This document shows positions 10,540-20,290 of a stretch of 41,518 nt of DNA, in pieces (position 1 is the first letter of the stretch; every line of letters starts with the position of its first letter). Source of the stretch: Stramenopiles sp. TOSAG23-3 (Eukaryota); contig LT642177.1 of the NCBI GenBank assembly GCA_900128585.1, forward strand, positions 1 to 41,518. The letters run 5' to 3'. The position numbers and the translations under genes were made by a program. Below the pieces are notes generated by a model. That model worked only from the letters and a program-made list of their open reading frames with translations, was not told where the DNA came from and made no database searches.

Positions 10540-11889
10540 TTATTCGCGCGGAATTAGACTTCTGGTAATCATCTCCAAAGCAATCCATGGTAACCTTCGG
10601 TAGAATGGAAGCGAGTCATGAATGCAAACGACGTTATACTCGGTGCAACTCTTAGCTCCACGCTTTCTCTTGAAATCTCCTACACCATCCCCTCCGTTTA
10701 CTAGCAGTTGTTTCTTCTTCCCAATTTGTATTATTTCCAAACATAACATGCGGTACAACCCAGCATTTTGAGGCAGGGCAATGTCGTAGCCGAGCAATGG
10801 TGTTGCTAACACTCCCCCACGAGTCCAGAGGCCAAAAACGCCGTGAACGAGGGATGCAGATTTCGGCACGCGTCCTTGATCCGGTCCTTTGACCAGGAGA
10901 TTCAAGGATAAAAAGTTCTCCAACATGGCTTTACGAATAAAAGTGGAGGAGAATTGCGGTTTTCCTTGTTGCGAATATTTTAACAAACGCAGTTTTTCAC
11001 ACAGATGAACTATTTGCTCCAGAAGCATATTGAGCGTTTTGGTTGACACGACTTTCCCGTTTTTCCCTACATAGTTGCCTAGGCTGTCAATTGAAATTTT
11101 GAGCTCATAGAAATGGTAGGATTTTGACTCGATTAAAGACTTTGAATAAGACAGGTCTCCTCGAGTGGAGCTTTTCTTCCATACCTTGGAGTCTTTGGCA
11201 TCCTGGTAATGGACTTGGCGCGAAAACACAGAACGCCCGTTCAATCGACCCAACGATTTTTTGATCCTGAGAGATGGGCCAAGTCGATCGATTGATGAAA
11301 AGACGACCGCCCTCTTAGGATGGGCTTTCTTCATCAAAAGTAAACACTGGATAAAAACATTGTCCAAACCATCTTCTGAATACAGTTCCTCAAAATTTGG
11401 CCACAAATTAGTGGGAAGCAAAAAATTATTGATAAATACAACGTTGTCAAAATCGGTGACGCAAAACACCAGCGATAGAATAGAAAACAAGAGCCTGCAT
11501 AAACAAGAAAGAAAAATATTTAGTTGCAGGGATTTCGTTCCTCCCATCCCACGGCCAGAAAACCTAACAAAAGCCGACGTTGCAGAGTTGGTAAAGCCGT
11601 GGTGCCGCCCTTCCTGCGATGGCGGAAGTGAAGCCCGCATCATGTCGCCACACCCTAAAGGCGTGGAAACAGAGGTTGGCAGAAGAAAGGTATTGTCAAC
11701 AACCAACAGGCCAAGCTTGCAGTCAACGTTCTTGAAGAAGATGTTTGTTCCAGATCTACTCTCCAACATTGGACTCATGTATCTTTTCACCAGCTGCGCA
11801 TCGCTTGACGCGGCAGGGAAGTGCGGACCATTGAAATATTCCAACACGTCCGTGTTCCCAAAAATATATTTTACCTCTGCTGCTGGCAT
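10540..11889 (-). CDS. Bacterial-type GNAT-like / conserved hypothetical protein (about 449 aa from the first ATG)
   Basis: Motifs INNFLLPTNLWP, SRQVHY, LLKYSQQGKPQFSSTFI, GVLATPLLGYDIALPQNAGLYRML and GVGDFKRKRGA recall a conserved bacterial family (NNWLLSTNLYP ... TPLFGYDT..PQ..GLYR ... FKRxRGA), recognised from memory. Start uncertain; the track uses TTG at 11904. Confidence 0.65.
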   Translation of the reverse strand: MPAAEVKYIFGNTDVLEYFNGPHFPAASSDAQLVKRYMSPMLESRSGTNIFFKNVDCKLGLLVVDNTFLLPTSVSTPLGCGDMMRASLPPSQEGRHHGFTNSATSAFVRFSGRGMGGTKSLQLNIFLSCLCRLLFSILSLVFCVTDFDNVVFINNFLLPTNLWPNFEELYSEDGLDNVFIQCLLLMKKAHPKRAVVFSSIDRLGPSLRIKKSLGRLNGRSVFSRQVHYQDAKDSKVWKKSSTRGDLSYSKSLIESKSYHFYELKISIDSLGNYVGKNGKVVSTKTLNMLLEQIVHLCEKLRLLKYSQQGKPQFSSTFIRKAMLENFLSLNLLVKGPDQGRVPKSASLVHGVFGLWTRGGVLATPLLGYDIALPQNAGLYRMLCLEIIQIGKKKQLLVNGGDGVGDFKRKRGAKSCTEYNVVCIHDSLPFYRRLPWIALEMITRSLIPRE

Positions 11890-12097
11890 TACTATATGCT
11901 TCAACCAAACAAGTAGTTACACATTCCACTTTTCTATCTTTCAATGTGTATATTTTCCCCTTGATAATAATTTCCGTCCCTTTTGACCATGCATGATTAG
12001 AGCTATAGACGAATTAATCAAAAAAACAACTTTTCTTCTTCTTAATTTTTGGAAGGTGTGGGTTGTATTAATATTATTAATTTAATTAAATATTATT

Positions 12098-12292
12098 TTT
12101 TCTTCTTTTTTTTTCTTCTTCTTCTTCTTTTTTCTTCTTCTTGTTCTTTTTCTTCTTCTTCTTGTTCTTCTTCTTGTTCTTCTTCTTCTTCTTTCTTCTT
12201 CTTTCTTCTTCTTTCTTCTTTCTTCTCTTTCTTCTTTCTTCTTCTTCTTCTTCTTCTTCTTCTTCTTCTTCTTCTTCTTCTTCTTCTTCTTC
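12098..12292. repeat. (CTT)n-rich microsatellite
   Basis: Imperfect then perfect CTT tandem in a divergent intergenic region. Confidence 0.95.
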
Positions 12293-12804
12293 TAAAAAAT
12301 CTAAAATCTTGTTGTGAATGATGAAAACCTACTAAACGTATTTTATAGGGAGAAGAAAAGTACAATGTAGAGTATACTAAATATTAATATAAAAAAAACA
12401 AAAACGAATTTCTTATAAAATTTTATTTATTTATTTATTTATTTTAGTTACTATAATAATATTCCTTCCCCCTTTTCCTCCCCGCCGCCGCCCTGCTTCC
12501 TTGTCCTTGCTTGCTGGATGGCACTGGAGGATGATGATGGAGCATCTTCTACTCTCTCTCCGATGATATAAAAAAGTATATCATTAACATTCTTTCACTT
12601 TAACTCGTAGTTTTGTTCCTTGCATGTTTACTTTCTTTCTTTGTAAATAAACGAGGGAGGAAGAGAAATTGCGCGTAACGCGTCTAATTTTTTTATCTCA
12701 TTGATTTACACCGATTTCTGATGCGTTCGACAGTTCATTAAAACATTTAATCGCCTTCAAAAGTTATTCCTCCGTTAACTGCCCGGGTTAAAATCGCACA
12801 GTAA

Positions 12805-13152
12805 ATGGGAAATATATTTGGGCCTTCAAACTACGATCTTGAAACGCATATTCGGCGTGGAGATATTGTTGCTGTACAGGCATCATTGCGTGACGGTGCG
12901 TCATTGTCGCAAAAGAATCACTACGGTTGGCAGGCGTTGCATTGGGCTTCTTATAAAGGGAACGTAGAGTTGACAAAACTTTTCCTTGATAAAGGAGCAG
13001 ACGTTCTTGCGTTAAACAATGACGGAAAGCAGCCCATTGAAATATGTGGGTACGATTGTAGAGACAAAAACGAAATTTTGAAATGTCTGGCCGTGCTTAA
13101 GGCGGCTATTGCACAGAGAGAGGCCCAAAGCTACCGACAAGATTATCGGTAA
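12805..13152 (+). CDS. Small ankyrin-repeat protein (115 aa), possibly N-myristoylated
   Basis: GWQALHWASYKGNVELTKLFLDKGADVLALNNDGKQPIE is a canonical ankyrin repeat. N-terminus MGNIFG. Confidence 0.85.
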   Translation: MGNIFGPSNYDLETHIRRGDIVAVQASLRDGASLSQKNHYGWQALHWASYKGNVELTKLFLDKGADVLALNNDGKQPIEICGYDCRDKNEILKCLAVLKAAIAQREAQSYRQDYR

Positions 13153-13194
13153 ACTGGATGGCGGGAGAGAGTTTGAATTTACTATGTGTAAAAT

Positions 13195-13297
13195 TAATGC
13201 TGTTATTTAAGTAATTACAATTTCTCTACTTCATAATTACTGTGCGAACTTATCTCTGATCCTGAGATTTTACTAATGACTATACCCTTGTCACTCT
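13195..13297. repeat. Dispersed modular repeat family, locus 2 (partial)
   Basis: GCTGTTATTTAAGTAATT, then TGCGAACTTATCT...TTTTACTAAT...TATACCCTTGTCACT; 13281-13295 is identical to 10462-10476. Confidence 0.75.
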
Positions 13298-13550
13298 CAG
13301 TATTCAGTTTTAAAATATATATAACTCTTGCCTTAAAAAATTTAAAAATAATTGATTTATCACAGTCACATTTTATTTTTGTTTATAAATACGATATATT
13401 CCTTACAAAATAAAACAAGTGTTCCTCGCTTTAAACAGAAACTTAATGACGTATCAAATTTTGAGAGACCAAAAAACAATTTCCTCTACCTGATTGTCCA
13501 AAACAAAACAATATCGCAAAACGCGCGCGCGCGCTTTTGCAGCTTACAGT

Positions 13551-15680
13551 CTACAATATTTTTTCAGAATTGGGAGGCCTGAGAATACAAAGAGACGAGT
13601 TTCCAACGCCAGCATCGGTAGGGACAACAATAGTACTTCCTTGCAGTGGCTGAGATACCGTTGCAGCCACCGGGTTAGGAGCCTGCAACTGATCACCACA
13701 GACAGAGTCGTTTTTAAAGTGCTCTATGTTTCTATGGAGCCACAGTGCAAGGTCCTTTGCCGAACCGGAGTCCATGATGTTGGCGCCGCCAAGGCTTCCA
13801 ATAAATTTGTTGTCCCTCTTCATAAACATGCCAACTGTGCAATTATTACCCCCCGCCTTCAAATGAACAATTTGCGCTCCGAAGGAAGGACGGGCCATGC
13901 AAATACCGTGCGCATCGCATTGAGACCATAGGATACATATGATATCTTCTACACAGTAGTCCCTGGTTGGATCACTCAAATTGTTCTGGATCATTTGCTC
14001 AAAATATTTGCTTTCAGTAGCCTTGGTCACCCGCCGTTTCTTTTCGAAAACATTTTCTAACGTTTGAGGGGGCCTTTTATTTGCATTGTCATCGCCCAAC
14101 CGCGGTAGCACGGCGTCGCTCGATTCGGTATGGACAACACGTTCTTTTGCAAAGGGCGAGACTTCTGCAGTGTTGCCGAATCGTGAAAACACAAGGTTAA
14201 GGTCATTTGTTCGATTCATCATGATTTTGTTCAGTCGTTCTTCATCAGTAAACGGGGACTTTCCGTTAATTTCTATCAGGAACATACCAGCGTCAATTCC
14301 ACACCGCCTCGCCTTTCCGTCATGTACGATTTCCGCAACTTTTAAACCTTGATTGGGCACTCCACCCCCCTTCAACGTTAAACCAAGCGTCTCTTCCGGA
14401 CGAATGAGAATTGCAATCTCGTCTTGGGCTTGCCCATCATAACAATCCAATCTCGCGGAGTCAGCGTCCACCCCTTTGGGTTGGTGGCTCAGGTCTGACG
14501 TTTCCCCGTTGGGTGTGCCCGCCACCGTCTTCGACCCTTCTAGTGACTTAGGCTCTTTCTCCTTCACGCTGGACGAGCCCGCTGCCGTCTTTGAACCTTC
14601 CGAAGACTCAGGCTCGTTATCCTTCGACGATTCATTAGTATTTTCTGCATGCTCACCACCCCCCACCCCATTTGCGGCTTCGCTGGTTTCTTGAACAACA
14701 GCGTTGGCACGCTCGATTATTTTCACCTCTCGTCTCACGGCATGCGCGGCATTTTGTCTTGCACGCCTGGCTTCCTGCTTTTGCTTTTTGACGGCTTTGT
14801 CGGCATTTTGTCTTGCACGCCTGGCTTCCAATTTGGCTTCCTGTTTTTGCTTTTTGACGGCTTTGTCTGCAAGCGCAAGCTTCTTCTCCAGACTGGATGT
14901 ACCGTTTGACGATCCAGAATTTCTCATTGCCCAAACCTTTTTCAACGAATTGCGGCCTTCTGGAGTTCGGTGCTTCGGGATGAAAGCTGGCTGCCCCCCA
15001 CGAGCTTTGTAATTTTGTTTGATACGTTTTGTAAACCTTTCCATTGGTTTTTTGTATATAAGAGCACTGTAATTTTCTTGTGAGGCTTCCAAATCTTTGT
15101 TCGTCGCAAGCCGTGATATCCCAGAAGCACAGATATCTTTCTGGTACTGCGCCCAAGCTGCGCCCGACCCGATTGCCTCGTCAAGCTCCTTCAGGCTAGT
15201 CAGTAACTGTGCTTTCAGAGACGGCAACACCTGTGCCACGAACTCGTACTCTGAAAATCGAAGGCCATCGAAATAAAGAACCTGTGACGCAGCCACTTTT
15301 GACATCAGTTCAGGGGCCGACCGAATACGATCCAAATAATTGCGGTGCCATTGCCGGGCCAACGACGCGTACGCGTACATCGCCTGGGTTTTAGGACGAT
15401 TTACGATGCGGGATTGGTTCAAAACGTTCGCAAGAAAACGCAGGGAACCCGCATAAAGAGCATCTGGATTTGACTGGGGCACGTGCTCTTCCCAATATCG
15501 TTCTTCTACTTCAGACACAACATATTCCAAAACAGATTCGCACTGCTTCATGTGCCCTGCACTCAGCAAAATCTCTTGGCGCAACTTCTCGGCAGATTCC
15601 AGCTTACGTTTCTGAATCTGTGCTTTCAGGTAACGCTTCTGTTCCACGGAGGCGAATTGTTGCGCCTCCTTCAGTGTCGC
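13551..15680 (-). CDS. C-terminal part of a PDZ / coiled-coil protein, probably continuous with the upstream ORF across a 1-nt frameshift
   Basis: PDZ: LGLTLKGGG...GLKVAEIVHDGKARRCGIDAGMFLIEING. Internal peptide duplications. The track start is a GTG, and the frame stays open upstream (ATLKEAQQFASV). Confidence 0.7.
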   Translation of the reverse strand, partial: ATLKEAQQFASVEQKRYLKAQIQKRKLESAEKLRQEILLSAGHMKQCESVLEYVVSEVEERYWEEHVPQSNPDALYAGSLRFLANVLNQSRIVNRPKTQAMYAYASLARQWHRNYLDRIRSAPELMSKVAASQVLYFDGLRFSEYEFVAQVLPSLKAQLLTSLKELDEAIGSGAAWAQYQKDICASGISRLATNKDLEASQENYSALIYKKPMERFTKRIKQNYKARGGQPAFIPKHRTPEGRNSLKKVWAMRNSGSSNGTSSLEKKLALADKAVKKQKQEAKLEARRARQNADKAVKKQKQEARRARQNAAHAVRREVKIIERANAVVQETSEAANGVGGGEHAENTNESSKDNEPESSEGSKTAAGSSSVKEKEPKSLEGSKTVAGTPNGETSDLSHQPKGVDADSARLDCYDGQAQDEIAILIRPEETLGLTLKGGGVPNQGLKVAEIVHDGKARRCGIDAGMFLIEINGKSPFTDEERLNKIMMNRTNDLNLVFSRFGNTAEVSPFAKERVVHTESSDAVLPRLGDDNANKRPPQTLENVFEKKRRVTKATESKYFEQMIQNNLSDPTRDYCVEDIICILWSQCDAHGICMARPSFGAQIVHLKAGGNNCTVGMFMKRDNKFIGSLGGANIMDSGSAKDLALWLHRNIEHFKNDSVCGDQLQAPNPVAATVSQPLQGSTIVVPTDAGVGNSSLCILRPPNSEKIL
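14747..14867 (-). repeat. In-frame internal tandem duplication (ADKAVKKQKQEA / RRARQNA)
   Basis: cggcattttgtcttgcacgcctggcttcc occurs at 14747 and 14801. tggcttcctgYttttgctttttgacggctttgtc occurs at 14768 and 14834. Confidence 0.85.
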
Positions 15681-16527
15681 CCTCCTCCTCGTCGTCGCTA
15701 GAAAGACTTATGATCTCTCGCCCGCTGCTGTCTTTGATAGTTTTTAATTTAATAAATGCCTCAGGCTGCGCTTGAGACCCTTCAATCTTCTTTCCCGCGA
15801 CAAGATCTACCTCCGTTTTCTGCCCCCCTTTCTTAAGAAATTGAGACACACTGTCTTCCATTTCTAACGCTGTAACATGGTTCCCGGAACCATCGGTGTT
15901 TTCCATCTGGAATTCACTGGACATTGCATCTGATCTCCAGAAGACATGCCGAAGAATTCCGCAGGACGTTAGGCCTTTTTTTACCTTCCATCCCGGAGCA
16001 GAGGGAACATCAAATTCGGTTCCTGTCGCTATCATCTGCACCATCGATCTAAAAACACGTTTCTCCGATCGCGACAGGGGTCTATTTATGCCGTGGTCTT
16101 CGTCTTCGTTCCTGCTAAGCAGTACATAATGCTTTATCATCCTTGCAAGCGGGTGTAACGGGAAAGAGTCAGGGCTAATAAACGTTAACGTGACTGGCCT
16201 AGTTTTGACTATAATGTCACGGAATACCTCGAACGGTTGGTCTGATGTTAGCAAACTGGTGCCGTTCACCGCTGCCAAGATATCTCCCTCTTCAACGTGC
16301 AGTTTTGCAGCTCGTGACGTGCTATCGATGTCTGCGCCGATGGCATAGACAAACTTGCTCTCAAAAACTTGATAAAAAGGGCATACGCACACAGATAAGC
16401 CTACCTTCTCACTCTCACCCACCAGCACAACATCCACTTTTCTTGTCCCCGACGACGATAGCCCCGAAGCTCCAACAACACGCTCGGAAGAACTAGCCAC
16501 CCCTGCTGATCCGTTTCTTGCGAGCAT
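15604..16527 (-). CDS. N-terminal part of the PDZ protein (PDZ, weak MBD-like segment, SIM-like motif)
   Basis: PDZ: KVGLSV...AAKLHVEEGDILAAVNG...RPVTLTF. EIISLSSDDEEE resembles a SUMO-interacting motif. Overlaps the next ORF in a different frame. Confidence 0.7.
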   Translation of the reverse strand: MLARNGSAGVASSSERVVGASGLSSSGTRKVDVVLVGESEKVGLSVCVCPFYQVFESKFVYAIGADIDSTSRAAKLHVEEGDILAAVNGTSLLTSDQPFEVFRDIIVKTRPVTLTFISPDSFPLHPLARMIKHYVLLSRNEDEDHGINRPLSRSEKRVFRSMVQMIATGTEFDVPSAPGWKVKKGLTSCGILRHVFWRSDAMSSEFQMENTDGSGNHVTALEMEDSVSQFLKKGGQKTEVDLVAGKKIEGSQAQPEAFIKLKTIKDSSGREIISLSSDDEEEGDTEGGATIRLRGTEALPESTDSET

Positions 16528-17174
16528 GATGTGGCAGGCAGTGGGTGTGATAAGAAAGACGAATCAACGACGTTTCAATTTGTACGATATTTATTACTAC
16601 TATGGATAAAAGAACAACACTTTCTTCGCAAAACAGTGTTGAATTAAATCTCCAATTATTAGTCATTCGTTTAAAAATTAAATCAAATTTAAACAGTATG
16701 AATGATCTAAATTATTGTATATATATACAAATAATTATTAGTTTTTTACCAGTTAGTTAGTTAGTTAGTCGTCGCGTATTTCCTCCTCCTCTTCTTCTTC
16801 TTCTTCCGCCGTGTGTCGGCGGTTGTTGTTTGTTGTTGTGTATTATTCATATGTGGTGGCCACAGTGTCGTCGGTCGCGTCCGCTACGAAGTCGTCCCTT
16901 TGTTGGTGGTATTGTGGGTACCTAGTAGAGTAGTAGCTTATTTTTTACATTTTATTAGTATGAATATAAATATATTATACAGATAGATATGACAATCACA
17001 CAGTGCACATGTATGGAAATGTAGTATAAAAAGAAAGAATAATAAAAGAAATGGATGTAGAAAGATTTGATAGACTGTAAAAGAGTCAACGTGTAGTCGT
17101 TTACTACAGTTTTTTTTGTTCCACAGAAAGAACACCATCAGCAACATAGTCTCCCCCTCTCTCTCTGTACCACC

Positions 17175-17969
17175 ATGGCAAGTGTTCTGTCTCAAAGTTC
17201 TGCCACGTCGCTCAAAGGAAAGACCGCGTTGGTCACAGGGGCGACTGGCAGCATTGGCGCTGCGTGTTGTCGCGCCCTAGCGACTTTTGGCTGCAATATT
17301 ATCGTTGTTGATTTGAACGTGGAAAAGTGCGATGAGTTCGCGAGCCAGCTCCCTGTTCCTGCCGTTGGGATCGCAATCGACGTCTCTAAGGAGGAGGCGG
17401 TTACGTCCGGCGTCGACGCGGCAATTTCAAAACTCAACGGGGAGGACGGTGTGGACTGCAAAGGCATCGACCTGTTGATAAACATTGCAGGAAGACTGTC
17501 GAACAATAAGTTAGTTGAGACAACCGCGGCAGAGTGGCGAAACGTGCACGCAGTCAATTACGACTCATGTTTTTACCTGTCGAAGAAGTGCATGCCGTTT
17601 ATGGTGGAGCAAGGGTGGGGGCGCGTTGTAAACATGTCGTCGTGGGCCTGGAAAAGCGGTGGCTTGACTGCCGGGACCGCCTACAGCGCGAGCAAAGCTG
17701 CCATGGTAGGATTGACGTTCTCCTTAGCCCGCCAGTTCGCCGGTAACGGAGTCACAGTGAACGCGATCGCCCCCTGCTATGTGATGTCCCCAATGGTATC
17801 CGAACAGCTCACGGAAGAACAGCGCAGCGAGTTGCTTGACAAAATACCCGTCAAGCGGTTCTGCCGTCCGGAGGAGGTAGCGCACGCCATCAATTTTTTC
17901 GTCTCTCCTTTGTCTGGTTTTATCACCGGGGAAGTGCTGGATATGAACGGTGGGTTTCAGATGGATTAA
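17175..17969 (+). CDS. Classical short-chain dehydrogenase/reductase, FabG-like (264 aa)
   Basis: TGATGSIG Rossmann motif, NIAG, catalytic Ser (NMSS), YSASK, VNAIAP, FITGEVLDMNGG. Confidence 0.93.
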   Translation: MASVLSQSSATSLKGKTALVTGATGSIGAACCRALATFGCNIIVVDLNVEKCDEFASQLPVPAVGIAIDVSKEEAVTSGVDAAISKLNGEDGVDCKGIDLLINIAGRLSNNKLVETTAAEWRNVHAVNYDSCFYLSKKCMPFMVEQGWGRVVNMSSWAWKSGGLTAGTAYSASKAAMVGLTFSLARQFAGNGVTVNAIAPCYVMSPMVSEQLTEEQRSELLDKIPVKRFCRPEEVAHAINFFVSPLSGFITGEVLDMNGGFQMD

Positions 17970-18035
17970 GGCACCAAATTATTTCCCGTAAGTAACAGCA
18001 TATGTTTTGTTTTTACGTGTAGATAATACTCTTTT

Positions 18036-18058
18036 AAATAACAGCCAATTTTTTGTTT
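18036..18058. repeat. Isolated core motif of the dispersed repeat family, in opposite orientation
   Basis: AAATAACAGCCAATTTTTTGTTT is the reverse complement of the core motif. It lies between the convergent SDR and GH28 genes; a degenerate copy sits near 17994. Confidence 0.7.
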
Positions 18059-18100
18059 AAAAATGTTACCACAGCACCCGCAGAAAGCACACATGTTCTA

Positions 18101-19555
18101 CTAATCCTTGCAGTTCGGTGCGGGCACCGTCCCGCCGATCGCCTGGATGTCCGCATACTGGCACTGGTACGTAGAATCGAACGGCCATTTCCCTCCTTCA
18201 GACACGACGACCCGGTCAAAAACAATGTTCTTCATCGGGTTTGTCTGGTTGCCTAAGATTACCCCTGGACTCAGCAGGGGGCGATCAATGAAAATGTTTC
18301 GCAGCGTTATATTGTTGAACGTGACACACCCCTGGGTCGGGCACGGCTTTTTCAGGGGGTAAGCGAGCGGGCATTTGCCACCCAAGCTGCTGCCCGGTTC
18401 ATGCTGTTGCTGCGGCCCAATCCATATGCTCCACCACTTCGGCTTTGTAATATTGACATTTTCATAGAGGATGTTCTCGATAAGCGCCGATGCATTGGCC
18501 CTGTCGCACCCGGGGTCACTCTTAATGTACACCCCCTTTCCAGTCCCCGGCATGTCAATGTTGCGAAAAGTAATGTTGCGCACACAGTTTGGGGGAAACG
18601 TGGCGGGGACGCTTCCAATCGACGCCCCAAAGCCAGTCATGGTCATGCGTTCGAACAACATGTTTTCAGAGCAATCGGACATTGTGCACCTCTCAGAGTT
18701 GCAGGGTTTGACCGCTATAGAGTCGTCGTCGTTGTTAATTGCTGTGTCGTGCACCCACACATCATGACCACTCGGATCAATGCCGTCTGTATTTAAATCC
18801 TCTGGCTGGAGACCTTCCACATTTTCGCTGCCGGAAATTCCAGCTTCGACAAGTCGTCGTCGCGCCCCCATCAAAGCCTTTAAGCGCCGTTGCTCACTAC
18901 GATCGACCTGGATGTGCACGAACCTTACTTCCACGTCTACTACGTCTGAAAGAAGCAAATGGAAATTGGGAGAGTTCAGCAGCGTTATGTTTTCTACCAA
19001 AATATGCTTCGACTGGTCGACATGGATTAACTTGGGACGTTTTGGGCCACCCGCAAGAACGTACCTGTTCCACCAGGCCACGCCTTGACCATCAATTAGC
19101 GACCCGGACGGCGGATTGGCGGTAAGATTGAGCGCATTCGGCGTGTGCGTATAGCCTGCACCGCCCGATATCGTTAAATTGTCACAGTTTACAAACTGTA
19201 AAAAATTTAGGTAACTGGGTTTGTGCCCTGTCGTTAGGGGCCAGTTTTTTAGGTCTGGCAGGGCTTTCAAAACCCCGTTGACCATAAACGTAAAGTCGTG
19301 AAGGTTTCCCCCCAAAATACCGCCAAGTGCCCAGTACTCCTTCCCCGGTGGGACTTCCACTTTCACACCCGCAGAAAAATTTGCTGCATCTGCAAAGGCG
19401 GCATTGATTGCTTTTACATTTTGCTTAGCAGTCTGCAACGATTTGTCCCCAGCAACAGCCCCGTAGTGCTCTATATTCAACGTCACCGCAGTGGCGTGCT
19501 GACCACCAGCAACGAGCGTCGCTACTACCAACAGAAAACGGACGGAGAACACCAT
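18101..19555 (-). CDS. Secreted glycoside hydrolase family 28 (polygalacturonase-like), variant motifs (484 aa)
   Basis: Signal peptide MVFSVRFLLVVATLVAGGQHATA. IDGQGVAWW, NSPNFH, NTDGID, DDDSIAVK. GFG replaces GHG and YIK replaces RIK. Confidence 0.9.
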   Translation of the reverse strand: MVFSVRFLLVVATLVAGGQHATAVTLNIEHYGAVAGDKSLQTAKQNVKAINAAFADAANFSAGVKVEVPPGKEYWALGGILGGNLHDFTFMVNGVLKALPDLKNWPLTTGHKPSYLNFLQFVNCDNLTISGGAGYTHTPNALNLTANPPSGSLIDGQGVAWWNRYVLAGGPKRPKLIHVDQSKHILVENITLLNSPNFHLLLSDVVDVEVRFVHIQVDRSEQRRLKALMGARRRLVEAGISGSENVEGLQPEDLNTDGIDPSGHDVWVHDTAINNDDDSIAVKPCNSERCTMSDCSENMLFERMTMTGFGASIGSVPATFPPNCVRNITFRNIDMPGTGKGVYIKSDPGCDRANASALIENILYENVNITKPKWWSIWIGPQQQHEPGSSLGGKCPLAYPLKKPCPTQGCVTFNNITLRNIFIDRPLLSPGVILGNQTNPMKNIVFDRVVVSEGGKWPFDSTYQCQYADIQAIGGTVPAPNCKD

Positions 19556-20290
19556 ATGTGTTATGCTACGTTCAATTAGAAGAATGCACAGACAAGAATT
19601 CCCAACACACCGACATCAAACACGCAATAATTTAAACAAAACATCCGTCTCAGTTTCCGTGATCAAATCTTTTCTAAAAAATCCTTTCTAAATAATAAAG
19701 AAGGGAATCATCAGAAATCAGAAGAAAATTTTCCTCCTCCTCAACAAAATAATTAAATCATCATTAAACCGTATCTATTATATCTAACATCTCTTCTTCT
19801 CTTCTCTTTTTTATTATCTTTACTATCTCCTCCTTCCTTCCTCCCGACCGAGGCAGCCAGCCAGCAGCCAGCAGCAAACAATTTCAATTTATACTTGAAT
19901 AAGCAATATATGTATTCTAATTGTAATATTTCTATAATATGATACTTTTAAATACTATTTAATATTATATATTTATCTATATATATACCCGTATTATAAA
20001 TTTGTTACTACTACGTATACTCTGAACAAAATGATCCGTTTTTTTCTACTTCCTCCTCTGCACGTGCGGTACGGTTGTTACGGAACACTCGAAGCAAGTC
20101 GTCGTCGTCTTCTAGTCGTCGTCGTTTCATTCGTCAGGGTTCATACAATGGTTCCATCAAGTAGGTAAAGGATAATCGAGAGGGAATACAGCAAAATTGA
20201 TAATTCCCACGTGGTTAAACTCAAGCAAGGAAGCAAACCACGGCCCCGGGCGGCATTTTAGCGCTGACGTTATCACCGTTTACAGCGCAA

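Noticed and set aside
12049-12365. Poly-Arg/Glu/Leu ORFs
   Set aside because: Translations of a (CTT)n microsatellite.
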